From: a virus
Strand: one strand, 5' to 3'
Virus record (IMG/VR): IMGVR_UViG_3300025319_000035
Length of the DNA: 47,574 bases
Part shown: positions 9,589 through 19,284 of the stretch, piece by piece
Layout: each line of letters starts with the position of its first letter
How positions within the stretch are numbered: the stretch's first letter is position 1
Position numbers and translations under genes: made by a program
Notes under the pieces: generated by a model
The model's input: the letters and a program-made list of their open reading frames with translations, nothing else
Database searches by the model: none
What the model was told of the DNA's origin: nothing

Positions 9589-9938
9589 AAGAATTAACAC
9601 AGTATAGATTAATTGTTTATGGTGGTGCTTTCGGAATTTCAGCACTGGCAGGATTTATAGTATTTTTTATTTCTCCTGGATTCTACTATAACGACCTGTG
9701 TGGACCAATGGTAAGGGATCTGAGTCCACCTTTCACTATAGGATTTTTCAATGACGAACTTCAACCAAATCCTATGTATGAAAAAGAAAATGCAGAAGAA
9801 TTAATCAAGGCATGTTATACTGCCAAACAAATTGCAGAAATTAGTATGTATCCAACTGTATCAATAAGCCTGTATATTTTATTAAAAGTAATGATAGCAA
9901 AGCCTGAAACATGGAGGAGAAAAAATGAACCAGTCTAA
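9585..9938 (+). CDS. 2-TM protein with Cys-flanked loop
   Basis: TM-C...C-TM arrangement. Confidence 0.6.
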   Translation: MKELTQYRLIVYGGAFGISALAGFIVFFISPGFYYNDLCGPMVRDLSPPFTIGFFNDELQPNPMYEKENAEELIKACYTAKQIAEISMYPTVSISLYILLKVMIAKPETWRRKNEPV

Positions 9939-10103
9939 AATATGGTATGATGATTATACAAAAATTCTTCATCTAGGAAAAAATCTAAAGATTGGAATTG
10001 GAGGCTTTACAAATTGGGAATTAACATTTCACAGAGATAAAGAAATTGGATTAATTTACTTTAGACTTGGCAAGCTAGCAGTTGGATTAAAGAGGAAAAA
10101 ATA

Positions 10104-10334
10104 ATGGGGTACACAAGTGTTACAATGGAATCAATTCAAGCAGTAAAGGCTGATATAATTAAGCAAGGTGATCGACATCACTCATTACGAATGTCTAATA
10201 ATTACAATGAATTTGTAAGATTCAAAGATAATCGATCAGGTGAATACAAATGTGGCTGTGGAATAAACCCCCACCATTTTACGATTAATAAATTATGTCC
10301 TAAGCACTTTAAGATGTTAGGAGAGTTACCATGA
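10104..10334 (+). CDS. Zn-binding small protein
   Basis: CGCG...LCPKH. Confidence 0.55.
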   Translation: MGYTSVTMESIQAVKADIIKQGDRHHSLRMSNNYNEFVRFKDNRSGEYKCGCGINPHHFTINKLCPKHFKMLGELP

Positions 10335-10417
10335 GTAGCTACAGTTATTGTTTTACATGTAAAGAATTGACAATGCACTATCGAATTGGTGACGAGTTAA
10401 AGTGTGAGGTGTGCGTC

Positions 10418-10510
10418 CAAATGAACAAACAAAAGCACATTAACTTAGTCCACATGAATAAATCATGGACCAAAAAAAATCCTTAAAGACCGATCAATCG
10501 GAGGAAGAAA
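10418..10510 (+). repeat. Conserved ~92-bp element, copy 2 (promoter-like)
   Basis: See 3149-3240. Confidence 0.75.
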
Positions 10511-10644
10511 AAATCAAGATTATTGATAAAATATTTGAAAGGCATGGCCACATTTATGATGGCTTGTATTGGAGAGAACAACCAAAAGGAACACCAATGC
10601 CACAAAGTCTTCAGAATTATTTTAGGAGAGTTATAAATGCCTAA
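10465..10644 (+). CDS. Small hypothetical protein (59 aa, MDQKKSLKTDQ...)
   Basis: Starts ~26 nt after the AT box in the repeat; overlaps the next gene start by 8 nt. Confidence 0.5.
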   Translation: MDQKKSLKTDQSEEEKIKIIDKIFERHGHIYDGLYWREQPKGTPMPQSLQNYFRRVINA

Positions 10645-10897
10645 GAAAAAACTCACAAAAAAGCAGAAGGAAAAACATAAGGAAAGTTATAACAAAAAGT
10701 GGGCAAGGGAGAACGCTGATTATTTCAAAGATTATTATCAAGATCATAAACCAGATTATCGCGAGGCATTTGAGAGATACCGAGAAACAGAAAAAGGCCA
10801 GGAGGCAATTGCACGATATGAAAGTTCACCAGAACGTAGGAAAGCTAAAACAGAATGGATGAGAAAAAAGAGGGAGGCTGATAGACTTGGCAAATAG
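10637..10897 (+). CDS. Highly basic helical protein (possible nucleic-acid binding)
   Basis: K/R/Y/E-rich pattern (YNKKW..ENADYFKDYY). Confidence 0.6.
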   Translation: MPKKKLTKKQKEKHKESYNKKWARENADYFKDYYQDHKPDYREAFERYRETEKGQEAIARYESSPERRKAKTEWMRKKREADRLGK

Positions 10898-11723
10898 AAA
10901 AAAGAGAAAGGCTACTAAGAGAACTAAGAAACAAAGGAAGCCACGACAACCAAAGGAAAAATCAAAGCTAGAACAATTGAAGGAAAAACAAAGCCAACTT
11001 TATGTACGTGTAAGTGAGAACATGCAGATTATTTTAAATCAGACAGGAATTGACGAACATGAATTCAGGGATTTAGTTTCAAAATATGGCTATGAAGGAC
11101 TTGCGACATTAGAAGGATTTGATATTTCCGCACCAATTTATGATCAGATGGTAGAACAGTTCAAGACCTATGACCAGATTGCACAGACGGTAGAGAGGCT
11201 GAAGGTTTTAGAAGGAAAAATGCTGATTCATGATTCTAAACAAATGGTTCAGGAGATGGAAGAAAAAATCCAGGAGCTCGACAAGAACGAAGCCTATTAC
11301 ACAGAATTGCCTAATGCCGAAGGAATAGTTAAGATGAAAAAGAAATGGTTTGCCGAGAATGAATTCTGGTCAAATAGAAAATTAAAACTTGAAAAATTCC
11401 TCCAACAAGATCCAAATAACCAGCAACTAAAGACACAATTTGCAGACGCGGAACAACATTTACGTGAACTACAAAAGAAAAGAAATTGGGCTAGACTGAA
11501 AAATATCAATCCATCAATGGTAAAGTATTCTCAAAAGTTTGGCAAGGCAATTAATACAATCCAAGGCTCAATTCGTGAAGTTACAAAACCATTTGCAGAG
11601 GCAGGAGAAGGTTCATTTGGTTCAACCAAGAAAGACGCTAAGACAGGTAACGACTTTGAAGAATTCTTTGATGAACCAAAGTCATCAAAAAAGAAAACTG
11701 ATTGGAGTAATTACTTTGGGTAA
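10887..11723 (+). CDS. Coiled-coil protein with basic N-terminus
   Basis: Long heptad-rich K/E/Q segments. Confidence 0.7.
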   Translation: MANRKKRKATKRTKKQRKPRQPKEKSKLEQLKEKQSQLYVRVSENMQIILNQTGIDEHEFRDLVSKYGYEGLATLEGFDISAPIYDQMVEQFKTYDQIAQTVERLKVLEGKMLIHDSKQMVQEMEEKIQELDKNEAYYTELPNAEGIVKMKKKWFAENEFWSNRKLKLEKFLQQDPNNQQLKTQFADAEQHLRELQKKRNWARLKNINPSMVKYSQKFGKAINTIQGSIREVTKPFAEAGEGSFGSTKKDAKTGNDFEEFFDEPKSSKKKTDWSNYFG

Positions 11724-11906
11724 TCAACAGATTGGAACAATCCGATTGGCAAATGGCTCAAAAATTTACATGTATGATGGAAACTCTTGTTCCCATTTAG
11801 GAAGAAATAAAGGAATCTGTATTGGATGTCTTAAACATCTTCAAGTCCATCAATTGCCTTTAGAGCAAAGTTGTTTGAAATTTAGCTGGGATGGTAAAGT
11901 CAGATA

Positions 11907-12104
11907 ATGGTTTACATCCCATTTGTAATGTTCCTAATCGGCATTGGATTCTTAGGGATCTCATATCTATTGCGGTTTGGAGAAACTGTAACTGGCCAAT
12001 GGACTACTACCTTTGGTATCGTTTTTACCATAATGTCAGGCTTTGCCCACATGAAGATCAAAAAACTAAAGAGAGAAAAGATGGAGGCAGAACGCTATGA
12101 GTAG
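11907..12104 (+). CDS. Small 2-TM protein
   Basis: Hydrophobic hairpin and basic tail. Confidence 0.6.
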   Translation: MVYIPFVMFLIGIGFLGISYLLRFGETVTGQWTTTFGIVFTIMSGFAHMKIKKLKREKMEAERYE

Positions 12105-12402
12105 TAACAATTGTTCCAAGTGTCACAAGTTCAGCAAGACCAAACTTCAAATGGTAATTGTTGATGTAAAGAAATCCGATGTAATTAAGTTCGGGCTGTT
12201 ATGTCCAAAGTGCATTAGAAAAGAACAAGAAAAAATTGGAGCTACCGCGTGTTCAATAGAATTAAACGCATCAGGCGAACAGATATTTCGATGTCCTCAC
12301 TGTGGTATGGTATCAACAGACAGAGAATATTTTCTAAAACATAACTGTGTAAATTATGTGATGACAAAAGATTTTGCTAGTAGTTTAAAGGGTGGTAAAT
12401 AA
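12097..12402 (+). CDS. Zn-finger protein
   Basis: CSKC, CPKC and CPHC...HNC. Confidence 0.65.
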   Translation: MSSNNCSKCHKFSKTKLQMVIVDVKKSDVIKFGLLCPKCIRKEQEKIGATACSIELNASGEQIFRCPHCGMVSTDREYFLKHNCVNYVMTKDFASSLKGGK

Positions 12403-12551
12403 AATGAAGTGCTACGAATGTAAGAACTGGAATCACCCTGACTGTGTTTTACGAAAACCAAAATCAAAGAAAAAATGTACTTGTTGGTGTACCAAAAAAT
12501 CATCCAAATACATCAATGTGTTTCCAAGTAAAAGGATAAGAGGTATAAAAA

Positions 12552-13043
12552 TTGGCTAGAAAAAAATCAAAGAAAAAATCTAAAAAGATTGACGGTAGAG
12601 TAAATGCTAGAAAACAATCGAAGGGAAGAATAATTCATCCAACTCATATTCATTCAGATTATTTAGAATATTGGCTTGAACAGTTTACAATTGATGGAAA
12701 TGTGTTAAACGTATGCTCAGGTGATTCAAAGTTTGGTCTTGTAAGAATTGACATTGATCCAGAATCAAACAGAACGATTCATGGTGATCTTTTCAAAATA
12801 CCTGAACAGTTCAAACCAGAATCCTTCAAGTATGTTTACTGTGATCCACCTTTTCCATATTACACAAGCGGAGATAACAGGTTTAGGTGGCAGTACGATT
12901 TATTCAAACTTGTAAAGCCTGGCGGTGCATTGATAACTCGAAGACCAAAAGTTACAGTTAATTTGCCTAGCAAATGGCACGATTATATTATCGCAGAAGA
13001 TTCACGACCATCCTTTACAATATTGAGGATTGATTACAAATGA
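12552..13043 (+). CDS. Minimal amino-(N6A/N4C) DNA methyltransferase-like protein
   Basis: Motif I-like VLNVCSG..RIDID followed by motif IV YVYCDPPF. Confidence 0.7.
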   Translation: MARKKSKKKSKKIDGRVNARKQSKGRIIHPTHIHSDYLEYWLEQFTIDGNVLNVCSGDSKFGLVRIDIDPESNRTIHGDLFKIPEQFKPESFKYVYCDPPFPYYTSGDNRFRWQYDLFKLVKPGGALITRRPKVTVNLPSKWHDYIIAEDSRPSFTILRIDYK

Positions 13044-13315
13044 GTCTGACGAATCGTTATAAATTAAAAGTATGGAGAAATCCAGCAGATAAATTTACAC
13101 CAACGATTAATGAGGATGATATTAGCGAAACAAAACTGATTGCCTATTTGAATATTCTTTCCACAAATATTAAGGCACATGCTAGCGAACCTTTAGTTCA
13201 TCGTATTGAGATTCAAATTATTGAAGGTGAATTGCTAGAAAGAGAAATTAAGATAATTGAAGCAGATTTTATAACAAAGGAATTATTCAAACCAATTCCA
13301 AAGGAGGCAAAATAA
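13040..13315 (+). CDS. Hypothetical protein
   Basis: ATGA coupling. Confidence 0.55.
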   Translation: MSLTNRYKLKVWRNPADKFTPTINEDDISETKLIAYLNILSTNIKAHASEPLVHRIEIQIIEGELLEREIKIIEADFITKELFKPIPKEAK

Positions 13316-13434
13316 TGGGCTTCTTTTATTTATTATTTGGTCATAAACCCCATGTAATACTTTCAGTAGATTTCATTCCACAGATAATCAAAGTAGTATG
13401 TCTTGGCTGTGGAAAAACTTTGGGAGATAAATAA

Positions 13435-13671
13435 TTGCAAGGTTTTGATTTTAAATTATTATCAGACAAAGTAACTAGATTGCAATCTATAATTTTTAGA
13501 ATGGATGAAACATTACTAAACGAGAGGCTTGACATAGCAACTAAAGTAGCACACCTCTCAAAACAAATTGATCAGGCAAGTCAGGTTAGAGAAGAAATTT
13601 ACCTAATGATTACAAATTCAGAAGTAAAGAAAATATATGGACATATAACAGAAAAGGAGAAAAATTCCTAA
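13435..13671 (+). CDS. Coiled-coil hypothetical protein
   Basis: TTG start after GGGAGA; heptads. Confidence 0.55.
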   Translation: MQGFDFKLLSDKVTRLQSIIFRMDETLLNERLDIATKVAHLSKQIDQASQVREEIYLMITNSEVKKIYGHITEKEKNS

Positions 13672-13805
13672 TGAAAATTTTCTGTGTAATACATCAAAAG
13701 GAATTAAAACTTGATGGAGAACCTATGATTTTTTGTGGCCAATCAGTTTGGAAATGCCCAGAACGAGGTTGTCATATTCGAGTTGGAATATCGGAGATGG
13801 ACTAA

Positions 13806-14675
13806 TTGATATTACTTTTTAATATATTATTAATTATTCTTCAAATTGATAATCTTCAAGCTAGTTCCGATAATTGGTTATCAACAGAAGGTGTTATAGA
13901 TTGCCCATTTAATAATGAGGCTATTATAGTTTTTAGTGAAGATAATTCAAAATTTAATTGCGAACATTTACAAAATATCATAGATGAAAACATAAGAACA
14001 GATCCAAGAATTTTGGATGATTGTAACAAAGAAGGAAAAGAATTATGGTTTACATATTGGGAAAATGGAACATATAGAAGTACAGAATGTGTTTTCGGTG
14101 GACTGAACTGTTATTATATAAAAGATAAAGGCTACTGCGTAGCAAGATCAATCTATGATGAGAATCCGCTATCAAATTATTATAGACAGTTTCAAGATGT
14201 AGCTTCTAACCAAGTATTTCAACAGTATGGAGTAGCAGGACTGTTTATCAACGCATTATTATCTGCAACAGCAATCCCAATCCCAACTGAAATTTTAACA
14301 GCCTCACTTTTAGTTGGTGGTGAAAGTCCGATAATAATTGGAGTAGTATTACTTGCTGGAAGTAGCATAGGTGGATTTCTAAATTATCTTATTGGCTTTG
14401 GTGGGAATAAATTATTTAGCAGATTCAGAAGATCGGAACAGCTACAATTACCATCAGAAAAGGAGGAACAGAAAAAGAAAGAAGGTCACAAGTGGCTTAA
14501 AAAACTTGGCTGGTCAGGAGTATTTTTTGCACCATTCATTCCTGTTGCTGGTGATTTTATTTTAATATCGGCTGGTGCAACAAGACGCGATTTTAAGAAA
14601 TTTATGATTATAATGTTCACTGGAAAAACTGTAAAGGTAGTGATAACAGTTCTCGGTTTGGGGGTAATATTTTAA
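13806..14675 (+). CDS. DedA/VTT (SNARE-associated) family protein with N-terminal Cys-rich extracellular domain
   Basis: C-terminal half: SATAIPIPTE...AGSSIGGFLNYLIG...FAPFIPVAGD...AG...F..F......GK..K, the YqaA/DedA pattern. N-terminal signal/TM. Confidence 0.75.
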   Translation: MILLFNILLIILQIDNLQASSDNWLSTEGVIDCPFNNEAIIVFSEDNSKFNCEHLQNIIDENIRTDPRILDDCNKEGKELWFTYWENGTYRSTECVFGGLNCYYIKDKGYCVARSIYDENPLSNYYRQFQDVASNQVFQQYGVAGLFINALLSATAIPIPTEILTASLLVGGESPIIIGVVLLAGSSIGGFLNYLIGFGGNKLFSRFRRSEQLQLPSEKEEQKKKEGHKWLKKLGWSGVFFAPFIPVAGDFILISAGATRRDFKKFMIIMFTGKTVKVVITVLGLGVIF

Positions 14676-15025
14676 TGAAATGTAGAACGCCTATAATTAA
14701 AATTGGCGATGAAGTAAAAATCGTATATCGCAAAGACATAAAATTTTACAAATTAAAAGACATCGCAACTTGGCAAGTATCCAAACGGATAAAAACAATA
14801 TTCTTTGAAGAACAAGAAGATCCATACAATTACGAAACTCATAAATATATAAAAAGAAAACACAAGCCCAAATACAAAATAGTTAATCGAGATCAAATTA
14901 TGATTAAAAGCAAGACTGAATCACGAGCATACCAAGTAATTGTTTATTCAAAATACAAGGATGAATCAAAAATTGGACACGTGCATTTCAATAAATTGAT
15001 GAATTCATTTTGTAGGTGTAACTGA
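14675..15025 (+). CDS. Basic hypothetical protein
   Basis: TAATG coupling; IKIGDEVKI weakly KOW/SH3-like. Confidence 0.55.
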   Translation: MKCRTPIIKIGDEVKIVYRKDIKFYKLKDIATWQVSKRIKTIFFEEQEDPYNYETHKYIKRKHKPKYKIVNRDQIMIKSKTESRAYQVIVYSKYKDESKIGHVHFNKLMNSFCRCN

Positions 15026-15549
15026 TGACGAGAACAACAAAACAAACACTGCAAAATAATAGAGATAGCAAAGCAAGGCATAGACGAAAAAGCATTAAAA
15101 AAATGGTAAGAGAATTAAACTCAAATGGAATAAAAGCAGTGGTCACTTTAAATTTAAAAGATAATTATAATGTAGATAAAACATATGATGCAATAAGAAA
15201 GCAGTGGTCAGACCTTCGATTAAAGAAAAGAATTGCAGATAGAGAAAAGTATCGCGATCAAGTGAACAAGACCAACAAAGAACGATACAAAAAAGATCCC
15301 GATTACAAACAAAGAATGTTAGACAGGGTTGAAAAACAATATCACGAAAGAAAGAAAATACTGGAAAGAACTACAAAAATTGAGAAGAATTTACTGCGAG
15401 TAATCAAGGCATTAGAGTTTACACAAGAAGAAAAATACAGCCCAACAACAAACCTAGTGTTATCCTATTTGACTGACATTAGAGATGATCGAGTACCAGA
15501 AAAACTAATAACTGATAAGATCAAATTAAAATCAGAGGTTGAAACATGA
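15025..15549 (+). CDS. Highly basic helical protein
   Basis: K/R-rich; TGATG coupling. Confidence 0.6.
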   Translation: MTRTTKQTLQNNRDSKARHRRKSIKKMVRELNSNGIKAVVTLNLKDNYNVDKTYDAIRKQWSDLRLKKRIADREKYRDQVNKTNKERYKKDPDYKQRMLDRVEKQYHERKKILERTTKIEKNLLRVIKALEFTQEEKYSPTTNLVLSYLTDIRDDRVPEKLITDKIKLKSEVET

Positions 15550-15667
15550 GAGTATTCAAGTGGTACAAATGTCTTGATTGTAAGTTTGGAAGTGAGGATA
15601 TGGAATTATTTCTAAAAGATCATGCCAACAAAGGTCATAATACAGAAGTCGTTAAGGAGAGAGAGGA

Positions 15668-15952
15668 TTGAGAGATTTAAGTAATTCAGATACCACTTGT
15701 AAAGTTTGTGGGAAACCTATAATTAAATTTGTTTCAGAATATGGAAATGTATCATGGATGCACGCCAATTATGATGAAAAATGTGGAGATCCGATACCAA
15801 ATGATATTAAATATAAAATAGAGGAATGTTATTTCTGTAAGACTCAGTTAAATTTAAAGAATGGATGGCATGGACATCTTCTTTGTTTATCTTGTAGTGA
15901 AAAATTATCTGATTTGAATATGAGGTACACCTCAGAGGTTGCAATTGGCTAG
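15668..15952 (+). CDS. Zn-finger protein
   Basis: CKVC..WMH..C and CYFC..CLSC. Confidence 0.6.
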   Translation: MRDLSNSDTTCKVCGKPIIKFVSEYGNVSWMHANYDEKCGDPIPNDIKYKIEECYFCKTQLNLKNGWHGHLLCLSCSEKLSDLNMRYTSEVAIG

Positions 15953-16133
15953 CAGTTGTGAAGAAATCATTCGCGGTGAAAGAGTTTCATGGACTAATTA
16001 TGGTGCAATAACATTACTTTGGCATGGTACTCCATGTAAGAAGTGTAAGAATGAATGGAGATTAGAATTAGAAAGATTTCATTTTAAAGAAAAGAAAAGA
16101 AAAGTTGTCGACATATGGAGGAAGAATGAGTAA
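15939..16133 (+). CDS. Hypothetical protein
   Basis: H..PCKKC; coupled. Confidence 0.45.
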   Translation: MQLASSCEEIIRGERVSWTNYGAITLLWHGTPCKKCKNEWRLELERFHFKEKKRKVVDIWRKNE

Positions 16134-16363
16134 TGAAAATTACTTTTGATGGACAAGAAGCAACAATACAAACTTCTGAATATATACTAAAATGCAACGA
16201 TAGTGAAGAAGGAATAGTAATTTCACCCGAACATAGAACAAAAAATTTAATGGAGATATGTATGATTCATGGTGGACAAAAATTCATTGTAAGAGGAAAT
16301 ATAATGTGGATACAAGTTATAAAAGAAAAACCAGTTAAAAAGATAGGGAGAAAGAATGACTAG
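16133..16363 (+). CDS. Hypothetical beta-rich protein
   Basis: TAATG coupling. Confidence 0.55.
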   Translation: MKITFDGQEATIQTSEYILKCNDSEEGIVISPEHRTKNLMEICMIHGGQKFIVRGNIMWIQVIKEKPVKKIGRKND

Positions 16364-16607
16364 AATATCATTTAAACCAATGAAGGGTATATGGAGTAAC
16401 GCCATTATTAATAGCGTAGAATTTGTTGAGGGAAGACTTTATTTCAAAGTAGATAAAGATGATAGCAAAGAACAACTGCATTTTAATTTAAGTGAAGTCG
16501 AAGCTTATGCTTTGGCAAGAGATTTGATAGTAGAATTAAGAACGACAAACTCAAAATTTATTTCAATGTTACAAGAAAAATTTATTGAGAAGGTAGAGAA
16601 CCAATGA
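16356..16607 (+). CDS. Hypothetical protein
   Basis: Coupled ORF. Confidence 0.55.
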   Translation: MTRISFKPMKGIWSNAIINSVEFVEGRLYFKVDKDDSKEQLHFNLSEVEAYALARDLIVELRTTNSKFISMLQEKFIEKVENQ

Positions 16608-16810
16608 TGACAATAGCGATCCTTATCAATAACCGACCATTGTATTCACGTACAATTAAGAGGATAGTTAGTGAAGATGATACTGATGGAAATCGATGTT
16701 ATGAAGTTGATGATGGCACAAGAATTTGGCATGATCCAAAAGACGGAATTATTAATCTTGCAAAGAAAGTTTTAGACAAAATAGAACCAGTAGGAGGAAG
16801 ATTTGTATAA
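16604..16810 (+). CDS. Hypothetical protein
   Basis: ATGA coupling. Confidence 0.55.
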   Translation: MMTIAILINNRPLYSRTIKRIVSEDDTDGNRCYEVDDGTRIWHDPKDGIINLAKKVLDKIEPVGGRFV

Positions 16811-17189
16811 TAAGATCATAGAAAATCTTTACGTAGGTAGCATACATGATGCTATCCAATTTAGACAAGATAAACTGGATGGAGTAATACTTTGTGTATT
16901 AGAAAACCGTCCAGATGAAGAACCCTTCAAGGCGTATCATATTCCAATTATAACTGAAAGTGGCCACGTCCATATGGATCAATTAAACCATATCGCATTT
17001 TTCATTGAAACATTACTTGATAAAGAAATTGAAGTCTTGATAAATTGTGCTGCTGGGATGGAACGATCACCACTAGCAGTTGCCTATTATTTGATGTACT
17101 CAAAAGGAATTTCAATTGAAGAAGCATATGAAATTGTTAAAAAAGGAAGACCACAAACAATGGATCGAAGGGTATGGTTAAAAAAATAA
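16803..17189 (+). CDS. Dual-specificity protein phosphatase (Cys-based, CX5R)
   Basis: ENLYVGS N-terminal motif; VLINCAAGMERSPLAVAYYLM P-loop; EEAYEIVKKGRP C-terminal motif. Confidence 0.85.
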   Translation: MYNKIIENLYVGSIHDAIQFRQDKLDGVILCVLENRPDEEPFKAYHIPIITESGHVHMDQLNHIAFFIETLLDKEIEVLINCAAGMERSPLAVAYYLMYSKGISIEEAYEIVKKGRPQTMDRRVWLKK

Positions 17190-17354
17190 TGAGAATGGAA
17201 CAAAATTTTCCAGAAAAACAAACATGTAGATTATGTGATCAATCATTCTGTAATAAACAAATATTTAACAAACACCTTACGCGAATTCATCAAACTACAT
17301 TAACAGGATATGCAAAAAAAACAGGTCATGACATGAGGGATTTTTACGATTAAA

Positions 17355-17627
17355 ATGAAATCAGATTGTTGTTCCGAAGTTGATATAATGAACCACCTCT
17401 TTGAGTGGGCCGAACATCTTAAACATGAAGAAGGATTAAATGAAAAACAAATAAGAAAAACATTAAACAGTGAAATGAACGATGTCATAAGACACTTATT
17501 CACAAAAGCAAAATCTACAAAATCTAGAAATTATTATGTATGTGATTGTAGATATTGGGGATTAATTTCTCCTAAAAAATGTCCTTACTGTCATACTGAG
17601 ATAATCAAATTGAGGAAGGAAACGTAA
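17355..17627 (+). CDS. Zn-ribbon protein
   Basis: CDC...CPYC. Confidence 0.55.
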   Translation: MKSDCCSEVDIMNHLFEWAEHLKHEEGLNEKQIRKTLNSEMNDVIRHLFTKAKSTKSRNYYVCDCRYWGLISPKKCPYCHTEIIKLRKET

Positions 17628-17879
17628 ATGAAATACGATGAGATTCATAATATTGAGTTTGTAACATGTGAGAAGATAAACGATAATAACAAACACAACT
17701 CTGAACTAGTTGATGGATGTTGTAAAGAATGTATTGATCTATATGAAGAATTAAAAGATGACGTTATAGATGATTATCAATTTGAACATAAAAAAAGAGT
17801 GATATGGGATTTTATGGAAATAGAACACTTACCAGATACAGACAGACTTAGTTTTGGAGTTTGGTATGGCAAAAACTAA
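17628..17879 (+). CDS. Hypothetical acidic protein
   Basis: ATG directly after upstream stop; GAGGAAGG upstream. Confidence 0.55.
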   Translation: MKYDEIHNIEFVTCEKINDNNKHNSELVDGCCKECIDLYEELKDDVIDDYQFEHKKRVIWDFMEIEHLPDTDRLSFGVWYGKN

Positions 17880-18045
17880 TTGCATAAGTCGTTTTGGTTA
17901 TAATGAAAACATAGCAGATCAACAATCAATTAAATGTCCTTGTGGTAAAGTAGGAAGGTTTGTAATGGATAAAAGAGTTGGTGATTTAAAATTATGTTTG
18001 GATTGTATGCAATATTGGCTGAGTGAGAAAGTGAAAACTCTATGA
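17854..18045 (+). CDS. Zn-finger protein
   Basis: CPCG...CLDC. Confidence 0.5.
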   Translation: MEFGMAKTNCISRFGYNENIADQQSIKCPCGKVGRFVMDKRVGDLKLCLDCMQYWLSEKVKTL

Positions 18046-18199
18046 CAAATCCAAAATGTCAATGCAAGGCTTGTGTAAGAATAAGAAAGAGTATTAAGGA
18101 AATGACTATATTTTCAAAAGCCTGTAAAAAACAATTAAAAACTGCACCTTATCTCAACATAAACCAAATCATCAAAGAATTAAAGGAGTTAGTAAACCA

Positions 18200-18508
18200 T
18201 TGAAGACAGAAAAAGAAATTACCGACTTGTTAGGATTAATAGAACGTGAGGAAGACTTTCATCATATAATAGTTAAAGACGTAAATCTCCTGGAAGTTAA
18301 GACCGCTAAAGATATTCTAAGATGGGTATTAAATTCAAAAAAGAACTGGTCAGAGTTATGGCACATAACTTATTCACACGAGATAGCTGTCTGTGCTAGT
18401 TGCGGAACTCCATTACAGAATTTAGATATTAAGGCATGTGAAACAGGAACGTTCTATTGTTCAGATTCTTGTGCAACAGAACACGTCAAAAACTCATTGG
18501 AGAAATAA
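18200..18508 (+). CDS. Protein with C-terminal TRASH/MYM-like Zn finger
   Basis: CASCG...FYCSDSC..EH. Confidence 0.55.
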   Translation: MKTEKEITDLLGLIEREEDFHHIIVKDVNLLEVKTAKDILRWVLNSKKNWSELWHITYSHEIAVCASCGTPLQNLDIKACETGTFYCSDSCATEHVKNSLEK

Positions 18509-18510
18509 AA

Positions 18511-18852
18511 ATGGGAGAATTTAAACAAGAATTTGTCTGCGGTGTGGTCTTTGAAGAACTAAACCCATCAGACAAAAAAAGAGAATTAGATAAATTCATT
18601 AATGAAAATCAAGACTTGTTCATTAAGAAAGATCCAAAGAGAAATGGCTACGTAAGTTATGTAATGATTTGGGATGGCGGTAAAGAAGGCTGGATTGAAA
18701 GCGATCGAGCAAATAAACTTCGAGAGAAATTCATTCAATTATTACAAAAAAATGATGCTCACATTTATCATATTATAGATGATCCCTATTCTGATCATCC
18801 ATACTTATTTTCACATTATGACAAATATTCAAAGGAGATAAAAGTTGAGTAA
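18511..18852 (+). CDS. Hypothetical protein
   Basis: ATG 18511 after GGAG, 2 nt past upstream stop. Confidence 0.6.
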   Translation: MGEFKQEFVCGVVFEELNPSDKKRELDKFINENQDLFIKKDPKRNGYVSYVMIWDGGKEGWIESDRANKLREKFIQLLQKNDAHIYHIIDDPYSDHPYLFSHYDKYSKEIKVE

Positions 18853-18951
18853 TATCAAATTGAGCAATTCGCCAAACGATAAAGAAAGTCAAATTGTATT
18901 CATACGCAAAGACGGAAGTAAATTTTGTTTTATACATGGTGAAATATCTGA

Positions 18952-19284
18952 TTGACTGAAATGAGTTTTAATATACTTGTATGTGAAAATGGTTGTGGTA
19001 GTCCAACTTACGGACATGTAAAATCAACATGGATTTTTGAATCAAATAGATTTGAACTTCGTGTGATTGCTATGGGTTGTGGATGTATTCAAAGTAAAGA
19101 ATATAGTGATCATTTAATGAATGGTAAAATCAAAGAACCTATCTATACAGGTGTAGATTGGGTTTATCCAGAAGATGATAATTATCAAGAAGCAGTACAT
19201 TATTTAGAGCATGAAAAATTAATTGAGATTGTCGGATTACCAAGAAAAGAAATTAAAAATATTCCTGCGAGGCATTATAATTGA
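18952..19284 (+). CDS. Cys-containing hypothetical protein
   Basis: CENGC...GCGC. Confidence 0.55.
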   Translation: MTEMSFNILVCENGCGSPTYGHVKSTWIFESNRFELRVIAMGCGCIQSKEYSDHLMNGKIKEPIYTGVDWVYPEDDNYQEAVHYLEHEKLIEIVGLPRKEIKNIPARHYN

